The notes beneath the pieces were generated by a model, which was given only the letters and a program-made list of their open reading frames with translations, made no database searches and was not told the DNA's origin. Made by a program: the position numbers and the translations under genes. Shown piece after piece: positions 31,632-41,900 of a DNA stretch of 64,000 bases. The DNA is from Bacteroidales bacterium UBA1402. GTDB lineage: Bacteria > Bacteroidota > Bacteroidia > Bacteroidales > UBA1402. Every line of letters starts with the position of its first letter. Positions within the stretch are counted from its first letter, which is position 1. The stretch covers positions 20,835-84,834 of the forward strand of contig DBQE01000009.1 in assembly GCA_002305085.1 (NCBI GenBank), written 5' to 3'.

Positions 31632-32270
31632 ATGGAATCCGTCGGCTTTATTCAATGGTGTCTCGATAACTTGAACTATTGGACCATCACCCTTTTGATG
31701 ACGATCGAAAGTTCATTTATACCCTTTCCCTCAGAAGTAGTGGTACCCCCTGCTGCCTATAAAGCCGCCGCCGGGGAACTCAATATTTTCCTGGTCGTAT
31801 TGTTCTCTACTATAGGGGCTTGCCTGGGAGCCGTCATCAATTATTGTCTGGCTCTATGGATAGGCCGCCCGCTGGTGTACAAGTTTGCTGCAAGCCGACT
31901 GGGGCATTTGCTTCTGTTGAGTGAAGCTAAAATCGAAAATGCCGAAAAGTATTTTGTGAAACACGGAATAATCTCAACCCTGATCGGACGCCTGATTCCC
32001 GCCGTAAGACAGCTAATTTCCATCCCCGCCGGCCTGGCAAAAATGAGGTTCGGCATCTTTCTGCTCTTTACCGCCCTTGGGGCAGGTCTCTGGAATGTTA
32101 TTCTTGCCGTAATCGGCTACTCACTCCACGCTGTCGTCCCCAAAGATCAGCTGATGGAAAAGGTGTACGAATACAGCCACGAGATCGGCTATGTTTTTAT
32201 CGGGCTGGGAGTACTGCTGGTTGGTTTCCTTGTTTACAAGTCACAACAAGGCCGGAAAGCCTCCAAATAA
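31632..32270 (+). CDS. DedA family membrane protein
   Basis: ESSFIPFPSEVV, GRLIPAVRQLISIPAG; -7 box TATCTTTG at 31596-31603. Confidence 0.92.
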   Translation: MESVGFIQWCLDNLNYWTITLLMTIESSFIPFPSEVVVPPAAYKAAAGELNIFLVVLFSTIGACLGAVINYCLALWIGRPLVYKFAASRLGHLLLLSEAKIENAEKYFVKHGIISTLIGRLIPAVRQLISIPAGLAKMRFGIFLLFTALGAGLWNVILAVIGYSLHAVVPKDQLMEKVYEYSHEIGYVFIGLGVLLVGFLVYKSQQGRKASK

Positions 32271-33958
32271 GCTTCTTCCTTAACATCCAAACCCCTGATA
32301 TAGGTTTCGTGCCTGCTGATTTCCGATTCGGCGTATTGCACATACACTTTGGCCGATGAGCGCAGGCTTTCTGCCGTTGCGGCATCTTTCAGGAGCAACT
32401 CCGACATGATGATGTGTCCTGCCATTTCCACCAACCTACGGGCACAGAAGTCCAGAAAACTGTCCTGTTGGACTCCTGTAACGTAAGCGACCATTTCCTC
32501 ATATTTAGCGGTCATTGCCAGCAAGCGCTGACGCAATTCGCTAAATTCGGGAAACACTTCCTCCTGTTGATAAGCTTTAATCTTCTCCAAATAGGCGCCG
32601 GTTGTCACGTAACGTATGGCAGCAATCACCTGCAACTGAGTTGTTCCTTCATAAATAGAGGTAATACGGGCATCACGGTACCAACGCTCGCAGGCATAAT
32701 CTTTCATATAACCGGAACCACCGTGAATCTGAACAGCATCGTAAGCATTCTGGTTAGCAAATTCACTACCCATCCCCTTAGCCAGAGGGGTATATGCGTC
32801 AGCCCAACGGGAATAGGTTTTCATCTCGGTTCTTTCTTCGGGACTCAAGTTGCGCTCCCTTGCAATATCTTCAAGACATTTGTAAATATCCACAAAACGC
32901 GAAGTTTCGTACAGAAGACTGCGTGTAGCATCCAATTTGCCCTTCATCAATGCCAGCATTTCATAAACCGGCGGGAATTCAATGATGGCTTTGCCGAATT
33001 GCTTGCGTGAAAGGGCATAAGAGAGAGCTCCCCGGTAAGTGGCCTCACAAAGCCCCACCGATTGAGCGGCAATTCCAAGCCTGGCTCCGTTCATCAGAGC
33101 CATTACATATTTGATCAGCCCCAGTCTGCGGCTACCGCAGAGCTCTGCTTTAGCGTCTTTAAAGACCAATTCACAAGTAGGCGCGCCCTTAATCCCCATC
33201 TTGTTTTCGATGCGACGAACAGTCAAGCCTCCGTTGCGTTTGTCGTAAATAAACATCGACAATCCGCGACCGTCTCTGGTGCCTTCCTCGGAGCGGGCCA
33301 AGACTAGGTGGATATCGGCATCTCCGTTGGTGATAAAACGCTTCACGCCGTTCAATCGCCAGGTGTTATCGCTTTCGTCCAGGGTGGCTTTCAGCATCAC
33401 CGCCTGCAGATCGGAGCCGGCGTCGGGCTCAGTAAGGTCCATCGACATGGTTTCTCCTGCACAAACTCGTCCCAGATAGGCCTGTCTTTGTTCTTCGGTT
33501 CCAAATTCGTACAAGGTTTCGGCACATTCCTGCAAACCCCAAATATTTTCAAAAGCGGCATCGGCCCGGCTAATCAGTTCCGCGGCCATGATGAACGGAG
33601 TTACCGGGAAATTGAGCCCACCGTAGCGCCTGGGAACAGCCATGCCCATAAGGCCGGCCTTGGTGGTAGCTTCGAGATTGCGCAAGGTACCCTCTGCGTA
33701 TTCTACCCGGCCGTTTTTGCACACCGGCCCCTCCTGATCGATAACCTCTGCATTCTCTTCCAAAATATCCGCACAAATCTCTCCACAGATTTCCAGCACT
33801 TTTTCGTAGCTGTCCATACAATCTTCCGCATCCAGGGGAGCATAGTCATAAGCAGCGGCATCGCTGAAATTACGTTCTTTTAGTTCCATTATCCGTTGCA
33901 TCAACGGATGCTGCAAATAATGCTTAAGTACAGGGTTGTCGGTAAAATAATTGCCCAT
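32234..33958 (-). CDS. Acyl-CoA dehydrogenase (Bacteroidales etf-associated type)
   Basis: MDLTEPDAGSDL, NGVKRFITNG, QIHGGSGY, IYEGTTQLQ. Confidence 0.93.
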   Translation of the reverse strand: MGNYFTDNPVLKHYLQHPLMQRIMELKERNFSDAAAYDYAPLDAEDCMDSYEKVLEICGEICADILEENAEVIDQEGPVCKNGRVEYAEGTLRNLEATTKAGLMGMAVPRRYGGLNFPVTPFIMAAELISRADAAFENIWGLQECAETLYEFGTEEQRQAYLGRVCAGETMSMDLTEPDAGSDLQAVMLKATLDESDNTWRLNGVKRFITNGDADIHLVLARSEEGTRDGRGLSMFIYDKRNGGLTVRRIENKMGIKGAPTCELVFKDAKAELCGSRRLGLIKYVMALMNGARLGIAAQSVGLCEATYRGALSYALSRKQFGKAIIEFPPVYEMLALMKGKLDATRSLLYETSRFVDIYKCLEDIARERNLSPEERTEMKTYSRWADAYTPLAKGMGSEFANQNAYDAVQIHGGSGYMKDYACERWYRDARITSIYEGTTQLQVIAAIRYVTTGAYLEKIKAYQQEEVFPEFSELRQRLLAMTAKYEEMVAYVTGVQQDSFLDFCARRLVEMAGHIIMSELLLKDAATAESLRSSAKVYVQYAESEISRHETYIRGLDVKEEAYLEAFRPCCDL

Positions 33959-33960
33959 GG

Positions 33961-34974
33961 CTATTTAGTGTTTTTTTTGTAATACTGAATCATTTTGGGG
34001 ATAACGTCTTCCACTCTGCCCACAACGACGTAATCGGCAATACTGTTTATGGGAGCGGAACGATCGCTGTTGATGGAAATAATAATCGCGCTTTCCTGCA
34101 TCCCGGCCAAATGTTGTATTTGACCGGAGATTCCGCAAGCAATATACAACTTGGGCCTGACCGTCAGGCCGGTTTGTCCGATTTGCCGGTCATGTTCACA
34201 AAAACCGGCATCGACGGCGGCTCTGGAGGCACCCACTTCGGCATTAAGCACCGCGGCCAAATCGTATAAAAGTTGAAAATTTTCTTTTGAACCAACGCCA
34301 TAGCCTCCTGAAACAATAATAGAAGCGCTGTTGAGCTTGTTTTTGCTCTTTTCGATATGACGGTCTATCACTTTAACGACAAAGTCGCTGTCGCTCACAT
34401 AATCTTCTACTTTATGTTTGATGACTTTGCCTCTGTAGCCGGGGTCGAGTATCTCCTTTTTCATAACTCCCTCCCGTACCGTAGCCATTTGAGGACGGCA
34501 TTCCGGATTGACGATGGTAGCAACAATGTTACCTCCGAAGGCCGGACGGATTTGATACAGCAATTCCTCATAGGTTTTATCACGTTCTTTGTGACTTCCG
34601 ATTTCAAGGGCTGTACAATCGGCTGTCAGTCCGCTTCTCAAAGCAGAAGAAACTCTGGGGCCCAGATCGCGGCCAATAACCGTTGCGCCCATCAGACAGA
34701 TCTGAGGTCTTTCTTCCTTAAACAATTTGATTAAGATCGAAGCGTGAGGCAAGGTGGTGTAGGGATACAAGGTCTTGTGATCAAACAAGTGCAAAACATC
34801 AACGCCGTAAGGCAAAACCTGACTGCTAATCTCGTCCAACTCATGTCCAATAACGACTGCTTCAAGTTTACAGCTGAGTTCATCGGCCAATTTCCGGCCT
34901 TTGGTGAGCAATTCCAAACTCACTTCTGCGATTTGTCTCTCTTCAATTTCGCAATAAACAAACAAGTCATTCAT
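33961..34974 (-). CDS. etfA: Electron transfer flavoprotein alpha subunit
   Basis: GLTADCT, RPAFGGN, RPQMATVR, GASRAAVDAG, QIGQTG, GISGQIQH; start at ATG 34974. Confidence 0.94.
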   Translation of the reverse strand: MNDLFVYCEIEERQIAEVSLELLTKGRKLADELSCKLEAVVIGHELDEISSQVLPYGVDVLHLFDHKTLYPYTTLPHASILIKLFKEERPQICLMGATVIGRDLGPRVSSALRSGLTADCTALEIGSHKERDKTYEELLYQIRPAFGGNIVATIVNPECRPQMATVREGVMKKEILDPGYRGKVIKHKVEDYVSDSDFVVKVIDRHIEKSKNKLNSASIIVSGGYGVGSKENFQLLYDLAAVLNAEVGASRAAVDAGFCEHDRQIGQTGLTVRPKLYIACGISGQIQHLAGMQESAIIISINSDRSAPINSIADYVVVGRVEDVIPKMIQYYKKNTK

Positions 34975-35057
34975 GCCTAAAAGGGTATAACTAAAACAAT
35001 ACTCTGCCGGAGAAAAACGCCTCTCCGATTCAAGGCATGCAAGATTCACAATTTTTT

Positions 35058-35080
35058 GTCAAATCTACAAGAGATTTGAC
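35058..35080. repeat. 9-bp perfect inverted repeat upstream of etfA (candidate operator)
   Basis: GTCAAATCT-ACAAG-AGATTTGAC. Confidence 0.6.
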
Positions 35081-35236
35081 TATTAATTTTCCGCTTGGCG
35101 ACGGCTGTTTTGATTTTTTATAGAATTTCGGCTTACAGCAAAATCTCCTGACACCGGTCTTTGTAATTGCCGTCTTTGCTTATCTTTGCACAGAAACAAT
35201 CAACTATTTGGTGCAAGCTTCATTTACGAACACTCC

Positions 35237-37066
35237 ATGAAAGCCTATTACGAGCATATTTCTTCTCCTCCTAAGCACAAAAGCCCATGTATAGGCTTGT
35301 CGGCAAACTTTGACGACAAGCAGGCTTTGCTGGCCAAAGCTTATTTTGAAGCGCTGGCTCTAGCCGGTGGCTCTCCGCTGATTATTCCGCCCTTCAAAGG
35401 CAAAGAACAAGTCGAAAGTCTGCTGGACAGGCTGGATGCCATTATTTTTACCGGCGGAGGTGATTTTGATCCGGCTCTATTGGGAGAAGAACCCCACGAG
35501 GCCTTGGGTAGTTTCAATTCCGTCCGCGATGAATTTGAATTACGGCTCCTTAAATTGGCTTTGGATAAACAACTTCCCATACTCGGCATTTGCAGAGGAA
35601 TACAACTTATCAATTTAGGCATGGGAGGCTCCCTTTATCAGGACATCTACAGTCAGCGTCGCAAACAGTGCATCAACCACAACCAAACCGGCGAACGATC
35701 GGAAACCTCTCATTATGTTGAGCTTATGCCGGACACTTTACTTCGTTCCTTATTCAACAAAGACGAACTGGCTGTAAATTCTTTTCATCACCAGGCTATC
35801 AAAGAATTGGCCGGAGGACTGAAAGTATGCGCCTTAAGCTCAGATGGTATAATCGAAGCTGTGGAATCGGATCAAGGGAAAGCCATTCTGGGCTTGCAAT
35901 GGCATCCCGAATGCCTGGTATCACACAGCAAAGAGCCCATGCTGCCCGTTTTCAACTGGCTGGTTAAAGAAGCAGGGCTGTACAGGAATTGTCGCGATCT
36001 GTGCCAAAGCAACATCACCTTGGATTCACATTGCGACACGGCTCTCTATTTTACCAAAGAACAACACATCGAAGTGGAATTGTATTCCCCCGGTTTTGAT
36101 TTTTATTCCGGTATCAGCGCTAACAACGCCAACGGTGAAGCTCTCTCTTCTATTCCCGAAAACAAAGTGGATTTAAGAAAAATGCAAAACGGAGGGCTCG
36201 ATTGCGCTGTCATGGCCGCCTATATCAAACAGGGAAGCCGCGACAGGCAAGGATTAGAGAAGGCCGGGCAAACTTGCCGGAATATGTTGGAAAGCATTCA
36301 GAAGCAGGTCGCAAACTATCCTCATTTAGCCGGACTCGCCCGAACTGCCGAAGATATCAGGAAACTCAAGTCCCAAGGTAAAAAAGCCATCCTGCTGGCC
36401 ATCGAAAACGCCTACGCTCTGGGGACCAATCTGAACCTGCTCAAGGAATTTGACAAGGCCGGCGTGTGTTACATCACCCTTTGCCACAACGGACACAACG
36501 ACGTATGCGATTCCGCCTCCGACGAAAATAATCCCGAGCACCACGGATTGAGTCCGTTTGGGAAAGAGCTGGTCAAATCCATGTCTGCTATGGGTATCTT
36601 GCCTGATGTCTCGCATGCTTCCGAAAAGACCTTTTACGACGTGCTTGAGTATTGTCCGGCTCCGGTTATCGCTTCTCACTCCTCCGCCAAGGCCTTGTGC
36701 AAGCATCCCCGCAACCTTAGTGACGATCAGATACTCGCTCTTGGCAAGCATAAGGGTTACATAGGCATCTGCCTTTATGAAGGTTTTCTGGCCAAAAACC
36801 GGCGGGCGGGGATCAGGGATGTTATTGCACACATCAACCATATCCGCTCACTGGCCGGTGTTGAAATAATCGGCATAGGCAGCGATTTTGACGGCGGCGG
36901 CGGCATACCCGGTTGCCAAAACGCCGGTGAATTCATCCATTTACTGAGAGCCCTCAAAGCCGAAGGCTATCGTGACGAAGAAATCGCTCTGATAACCGGA
37001 GGTAATTTTATCAGAACTCTGGAACTCGCTCAACTTTATGCTGAAAACCTCAAAAAAGCACCGTAA
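35237..37066 (+). CDS. Fusion of peptidase C26 (gamma-glutamyl hydrolase/PuuD-like) and M19 membrane-dipeptidase domains
   Basis: GICRG.Q, NSFHHQA, QWHPE, then DSHCDT, DVSH, ASHS, GIGSDFDG; -7 box at 35181-35188. Confidence 0.88.
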   Translation: MKAYYEHISSPPKHKSPCIGLSANFDDKQALLAKAYFEALALAGGSPLIIPPFKGKEQVESLLDRLDAIIFTGGGDFDPALLGEEPHEALGSFNSVRDEFELRLLKLALDKQLPILGICRGIQLINLGMGGSLYQDIYSQRRKQCINHNQTGERSETSHYVELMPDTLLRSLFNKDELAVNSFHHQAIKELAGGLKVCALSSDGIIEAVESDQGKAILGLQWHPECLVSHSKEPMLPVFNWLVKEAGLYRNCRDLCQSNITLDSHCDTALYFTKEQHIEVELYSPGFDFYSGISANNANGEALSSIPENKVDLRKMQNGGLDCAVMAAYIKQGSRDRQGLEKAGQTCRNMLESIQKQVANYPHLAGLARTAEDIRKLKSQGKKAILLAIENAYALGTNLNLLKEFDKAGVCYITLCHNGHNDVCDSASDENNPEHHGLSPFGKELVKSMSAMGILPDVSHASEKTFYDVLEYCPAPVIASHSSAKALCKHPRNLSDDQILALGKHKGYIGICLYEGFLAKNRRAGIRDVIAHINHIRSLAGVEIIGIGSDFDGGGGIPGCQNAGEFIHLLRALKAEGYRDEEIALITGGNFIRTLELAQLYAENLKKAP

Positions 37067-38100
37067 TGCTCCTTGCTCCAAAAACATCCCAACGATTATC
37101 GCTTAAAGAAATCAGTGTCATACTTTCCTTGGCTGCTGTTTTGTTTTTACTCCTTTTGATGACCTCCTGCATGTCGGGACAAAAAAAGAACTCTCCCTCC
37201 GAACAAAACCTTAAGGTGGTGCCTGTTTTTAATGAAGACTCGGCCTATCATTACCTGGCAAGGCAACTTGATTTCGGTCCCCGGGTTCCCAATACGGAAG
37301 GACATAAGGCCTGCGGCGATTACCTGGTAGAAAAAATGCGCTCGCTTGGCGGAATCCTTACCGAACAGCCTATGCAACTGGTGGCCTTCGACGGCAGCGT
37401 CCTAAGAGCCAGAAACATTATTGCATCGTTTGATCCGGAAAAAACGCGAAGAATTTTACTCTTTGCCCACTGGGACACCCGCCCCTGGGCTGACGAAGAT
37501 CCCGACCCGCAAAACCATACGAAGGCCATTCCCGGAGCCAACGACGGGGCCAGCGGAGTGGCTGTCTTGATGGAGATTGCCCGGCATCTGGGGACGACAG
37601 CCCCTGCTTCTTTGGGGGTGGACATTATTTTGTTCGATGCCGAAGATTACGGGCAGCCCTCTTTTTCAGGCAGATCGAGGGTGGAAGATTCCTGGTGCCT
37701 TGGTTCTCAGTACTGGGCAAAAAATCCTCATGTCAGCAATTATTCCGCTGAATTCGGCATTTTGTTGGATATGGTCGGTGCTAAAGAGGCTGTTTTTGCC
37801 AAAGAATATTTTTCTCTGCGTTATGCAGCACCTATTGTCAACAAGGTTTGGAACACGGCCGCAAGGATAGGTTACAGCCCTTATTTTGAAAACTCGGAGG
37901 GTGGCGCCATTACCGACGATCATCTGTACATTAACCGCCTGGCAGGTATCCCGAGCATCAACATCATCGACTACCGCAGCGACACTCCAAATGGATTTTT
38001 CCCTTATTGGCATACCCTGGAAGACAGTCTGGACAAAATTGACAAAAAAACCCTCAAAGCAGCAGGCCAAACCCTGTTGGAATTGATTTATACCGAATAA
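37066..38100 (+). CDS. M28-family lipoprotein, probable glutaminyl-peptide cyclotransferase
   Basis: [46 protein letters not shown]. Confidence 0.8.
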   Translation: MLLAPKTSQRLSLKEISVILSLAAVLFLLLLMTSCMSGQKKNSPSEQNLKVVPVFNEDSAYHYLARQLDFGPRVPNTEGHKACGDYLVEKMRSLGGILTEQPMQLVAFDGSVLRARNIIASFDPEKTRRILLFAHWDTRPWADEDPDPQNHTKAIPGANDGASGVAVLMEIARHLGTTAPASLGVDIILFDAEDYGQPSFSGRSRVEDSWCLGSQYWAKNPHVSNYSAEFGILLDMVGAKEAVFAKEYFSLRYAAPIVNKVWNTAARIGYSPYFENSEGGAITDDHLYINRLAGIPSINIIDYRSDTPNGFFPYWHTLEDSLDKIDKKTLKAAGQTLLELIYTE

Positions 38101-38102
38101 AC

Positions 38103-38759
38103 ATGCTCTTGCCTTTTCTACAGGAAGGACGTATCGAAGCCGGCTGTGACGAAGCCGGCCGGGGTTGTCTGGCCGGGCCGGTCTTTGCGGCTGCAGTTGT
38201 AACGGGAGCCGACTTTGACTGTCCGGAAATCAACGATTCCAAACAACTCAGCTACAAAGAACGCTATCGCCTGAGAGCCGAAATCGAAAAGCGAGCGCTG
38301 GCCTGGGGTATCGGCACTGCCAGCCCCGAAGAAATCGATAAAATCAATATCCTCAACGCAGCTCTCCTGGCTATGCACAGGGCTGTGTTGCATCTACAGC
38401 TTAGTCCCGACTACTTACTCATCGATGGAAATCGCTACCGCAAGCCTTCACAATTACCCATACATAAGATATCCGTAAGTGTCGATGAATTCAGTAAAAT
38501 TGAACATATCCCGGCCGGTTGTTTTGTAAAAGGAGACGGAAGATTTGTATCCATTGCTGCAGCCTCCATACTGGCCAAAACATACAGAGACGATTATATG
38601 CAGCATTTACACAAGCAATACCCTCAATATGCCTGGAACAAAAACCGAGGCTACCCTACCGCAGAACATCGCCGGGCCATTGCAGATTTCGGAATCAGCC
38701 CTTTCCATCGAAAGACATTCAGGCTGTTGCCGTCAGAACAGCAATTAAGTCTATTTTAA
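38103..38759 (+). CDS. rnhB: Ribonuclease HII
   Basis: [22 protein letters not shown]...[10 protein letters not shown]. Confidence 0.95.
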   Translation: MLLPFLQEGRIEAGCDEAGRGCLAGPVFAAAVVTGADFDCPEINDSKQLSYKERYRLRAEIEKRALAWGIGTASPEEIDKINILNAALLAMHRAVLHLQLSPDYLLIDGNRYRKPSQLPIHKISVSVDEFSKIEHIPAGCFVKGDGRFVSIAAASILAKTYRDDYMQHLHKQYPQYAWNKNRGYPTAEHRRAIADFGISPFHRKTFRLLPSEQQLSLF

Positions 38760-38761
38760 GT

Positions 38762-40090
38762 ATGGCTGCAATAAAAGACTTAACCCGGGGACCCATCGGT
38801 AAACAGCTTTTTTATCTCTCCCTTCCCATTATCAGCACTTCTTTTATTCAAATGGCTTACAGCCTGACGGATATGGCCTGGGTTGGCCGTCTGGGTCCCG
38901 AATCGGTAGCTGCCGTCGGAGCTGTCGGCATCTTAGTCTGGCTTACCAATTCGGTCTCTCTGTTGAACAAAGTGGGGGCCGAAATCAGCGTGGCTCAGGC
39001 CATAGGAACTCAGGATTTGGACAAGGCCCGTTGCTACGCTTCGCACAACGTCAGCATCTCGCTAATTATTTCCCTGATTTGGGCCGGTTTTTTGTTTGCA
39101 TTTTCCTATCCCCTGCTGGGTATTTATAAAATAGAAGCCGCTATTGAGCTGGAAGCCGTAACTTACTTAAGAATTGTGCTTTTCGGGTTTCCTTTTCTGT
39201 TTTTGTCTGCCACCTTCACCGGAATCTACAACGCGGCCGGACTGAGCAAAATTCCCTTTTACATCAACAGCATCGGTTTGATTTTAAACTTAGTACTCGA
39301 TCCTGTATTTATTTTTGCCTTAGATATGGGTACGGCTGGAGCAGCCTTAGCAACATTGATTTCGCAGGTGGTGGTCTGTCTCTTATTTTTCGCCCGGATA
39401 AAGCTTAGGGACAGGCTATTAGGAAGTTTTCCTTTTTTTGTCCGGCTGCAACCGGACTGCGTCCGTAAAATTGTAAACCTGGGGCTGCCCGTAACACTTT
39501 TCAACGGCTTTTTTGCCATTATCAATTTATTAATGGGACGGATCTCATCGATCTTCGGAGGACATATTGGGCTGATGACTCTTACTGCCGGAGGCCAAAT
39601 CGAGGGCCTGGCCTGGAATACCTCGCAAGGTTTCAGCACCGGTCTGAGTGCTTTTGTTGCCCAAAACTACGCTGCCGGTAAAAAATCGAGAATTTTACGC
39701 GCATATCGCTCGGGGCTGGCCATAACCACTGTTTTCGGATTGCTGTTGACCCTGTTATTCGTTTTTTACGGAGGCGAAGTTTTTACCCTCTTTGTTCCCG
39801 GGCAAATCGCCTTCGATGCAGGGCAATTGTTTCTGCGGATCGAGGGTTATACGATGCTTTTTATGATGGTGGAAATCACCATTCAGGGAGTGTTTTTTGG
39901 GACAGGGAGAACCCTACCCCCTGCCCTGATCAGCTCCGTATTCAATCTGCTCCGCATACCCCTGGCCATTATCTTGGCCAAAAACGGTATGGGTCTTGCC
40001 GGTATCTGGTGGGCCATCAGCCTTACCAGCCTGTTGAAAGGGCTAACTGCTTTTAGTTGGTTTCAGGCAATTAAAAAACGCATTTTGTAA
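38762..40090 (+). CDS. MATE family efflux transporter
   Basis: DLTRGPI.KQL..LSLP, D..WVG.LG, N.VLDP.FIF, AQNY.AG; start at ATG 38762. Confidence 0.92.
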   Translation: MAAIKDLTRGPIGKQLFYLSLPIISTSFIQMAYSLTDMAWVGRLGPESVAAVGAVGILVWLTNSVSLLNKVGAEISVAQAIGTQDLDKARCYASHNVSISLIISLIWAGFLFAFSYPLLGIYKIEAAIELEAVTYLRIVLFGFPFLFLSATFTGIYNAAGLSKIPFYINSIGLILNLVLDPVFIFALDMGTAGAALATLISQVVVCLLFFARIKLRDRLLGSFPFFVRLQPDCVRKIVNLGLPVTLFNGFFAIINLLMGRISSIFGGHIGLMTLTAGGQIEGLAWNTSQGFSTGLSAFVAQNYAAGKKSRILRAYRSGLAITTVFGLLLTLLFVFYGGEVFTLFVPGQIAFDAGQLFLRIEGYTMLFMMVEITIQGVFFGTGRTLPPALISSVFNLLRIPLAIILAKNGMGLAGIWWAISLTSLLKGLTAFSWFQAIKKRIL

Positions 40091-40151
40091 CACAGGTTTA
40101 CGAATGCTCTTGATTTGTATTTTTTGTTAATGTTTTAAATATAAATAAATC

Positions 40152-40814
40152 ATGAGGAAGACATTTTACATTTTCGTGTTTCTTGTTGCTTGTTTTTATT
40201 CTCATGGACAAACAGGTGAGGCGATTTATTCGATTATTAACGAAGAAATTGTCGAAAAACCTAAATTCATTGATTCAAACCCTATAGACAACTCTTCTGC
40301 AGTTGAGCCATATATACCATATGGATGCGACTCTGTCAGCACTGATTATGGGTCATTTTGTGTCAAATTATCAAAATACAGTGGATATAACGACGAACCC
40401 GGATTCAATGTGGTAGAGATACAAAGGAATAATTTGACGATTTTTAAACTTGAAAACTCTAATGGATATGCCAATCTATCCTCTTATGTGCCATCAGAAC
40501 ATTTAAACTTTTCTTGGGTCAAATTGTCTCCTGTGAGATGTGCTTTGATTTTTAATGGGTATATATTTGCGAGCCAGCCGTCAATGGTGAGTATTGTGGT
40601 AATACATAAAAACGAGGCTAAATTAGTATTTAACAAACCCCTGTTTATCCATTCTATTTCAAAAAGTACGACTGATTATTTTTTAAATATTACTCTCCAG
40701 TCGAACACTGTCGAATACGGAGGAACACCGGAATCCCCCGTAGCGCTGGGGACTCCTTCGCTTCACACAATTTGGTGGGATGGAAACGTTTTACGTTATG
40801 TCAAACAGCGTTAG
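40152..40814 (+). CDS. Hypothetical secreted protein, AT-rich
   Basis: 220-aa ORF with a signal peptide (..YSHG|Q); no family recognised. Confidence 0.65.
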   Translation: MRKTFYIFVFLVACFYSHGQTGEAIYSIINEEIVEKPKFIDSNPIDNSSAVEPYIPYGCDSVSTDYGSFCVKLSKYSGYNDEPGFNVVEIQRNNLTIFKLENSNGYANLSSYVPSEHLNFSWVKLSPVRCALIFNGYIFASQPSMVSIVVIHKNEAKLVFNKPLFIHSISKSTTDYFLNITLQSNTVEYGGTPESPVALGTPSLHTIWWDGNVLRYVKQR

Positions 40815-40845
40815 CCGTGAACTTTTCGAGGTTCACGGCTAACGC
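40808..40845. terminator. Perfect 15-bp stem-loop between convergent genes (terminator or RNA-stabilising hairpin)
   Basis: GCGTTAGCCGTGAAC-TTTTCGAG-GTTCACGGCTAACGC; no clear U-tract. Confidence 0.55.
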
Positions 40846-40886
40846 CGGCACTTAAAAGTATCTGTTAACAGATCAAAGGAAGATTC

Positions 40887-41861
40887 TTATTCCCAATAAG
40901 TAATTTCGCGACGCTCATCGGTATAACTGCTCCACTCGGGTCCGTTTTTGTAACGGTATTTACGACTGGTCCAGTTGTTGTGAGTATCGTATACGTAATC
41001 GGAATATTCTTGGATATACTCGCCTTCGGCTATCTGAGTCAGGTCTTTTTGTGTATTGTAAGTATAATTACTTGTGTAGGAGCTTGGTTGTTCTTGACCA
41101 GGATAAACATCCTCATACCGGTAATTGTCAATCAGCATGAATTCATCGTCTTTCTTGTAAGTGTAAGTTCTTGTACTTGTATAGGCGTTATCACCGGTCC
41201 CAAAGAAACCTTCGGAATAGACATCAAACATTCCGTTCTCCTGATAACTGGCATTCATAAATTCTCCCCAGGAATTACCTTCAGAAAATATATGTTCTGT
41301 TCTGGAAGACACTGGGTATTTTCCGGAATAAAGAATTTTGGTAGTATCCACATAGGTGTTTTCATCGGCGTTGTCACTGTATTGGACGGTGTTGATGATA
41401 AATAGGGTATCTCCCACAAACGTATAACTTGTGCGGGCTCTCTCATCATTAATTGCGGAAAGGTTAGGAGCCAAACCGGCAAAATTCATATGGAAATGAC
41501 CCCTTGGAACATACTTGCCGTGGTCGGCATATTCGAAAGTAGTAGTTCCGGCCTGAATCAATTGTCCTGAGGTATTGTACGTATAATTGGTCAAAAAATC
41601 ATTGCCCTGCCCTGTGTTTTCAATCTTAAGAATTCTTCCGATTTCATCGAATGTGGTCATTTTGTAAGTGGTGTCTGAATAAAACTCTTTGACCATTTTC
41701 ACAGGCCCTCTCAATTGGGCATGCGTAAGGGCTGAACGCTCCCAATAATTTTTGGGAGCTTCGGGATCATCCCCTCCGTCCCCGTTTCCATTTACCGGAT
41801 CGCAAGATAGCATCGTATAAGCAAATAAGCCTAATGCTATAAACAATATTCCTTTCTTCAT
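40887..41861 (-). CDS. Lipoprotein with YD-like beta-hairpin repeats, function unknown
   Basis: Lipobox MLSC, acidic post-Cys stretch, LRGPVK.VKE, YTYNTSGQL, YVYDTHNNWTSR, ERREITYW. Confidence 0.7.
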   Translation of the reverse strand: MKKGILFIALGLFAYTMLSCDPVNGNGDGGDDPEAPKNYWERSALTHAQLRGPVKMVKEFYSDTTYKMTTFDEIGRILKIENTGQGNDFLTNYTYNTSGQLIQAGTTTFEYADHGKYVPRGHFHMNFAGLAPNLSAINDERARTSYTFVGDTLFIINTVQYSDNADENTYVDTTKILYSGKYPVSSRTEHIFSEGNSWGEFMNASYQENGMFDVYSEGFFGTGDNAYTSTRTYTYKKDDEFMLIDNYRYEDVYPGQEQPSSYTSNYTYNTQKDLTQIAEGEYIQEYSDYVYDTHNNWTSRKYRYKNGPEWSSYTDERREITYWE

Positions 41862-41900
41862 GATTAAAAATTTAATTATAATTGAATACTAATTTTGATA

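Noticed and set aside
35034..35051. Rex box upstream of etfA
   Set aside because: Only one half-site (TTCACAA) is present; the TTGTGAA partner is missing.
38519..38761. 81-aa N-terminal extension of the MATE ORF
   Set aside because: It overlaps rnhB out of frame; the family-typical start is ATG 38762.
40808..40845. Integron attC-like site (GTTAGCC ... GGCTAAC) at the end of an AT-rich gene
   Set aside because: The core sites are in the wrong order, the element is too short and perfectly paired without extrahelical bases, and there is no integrase or second copy in the window.
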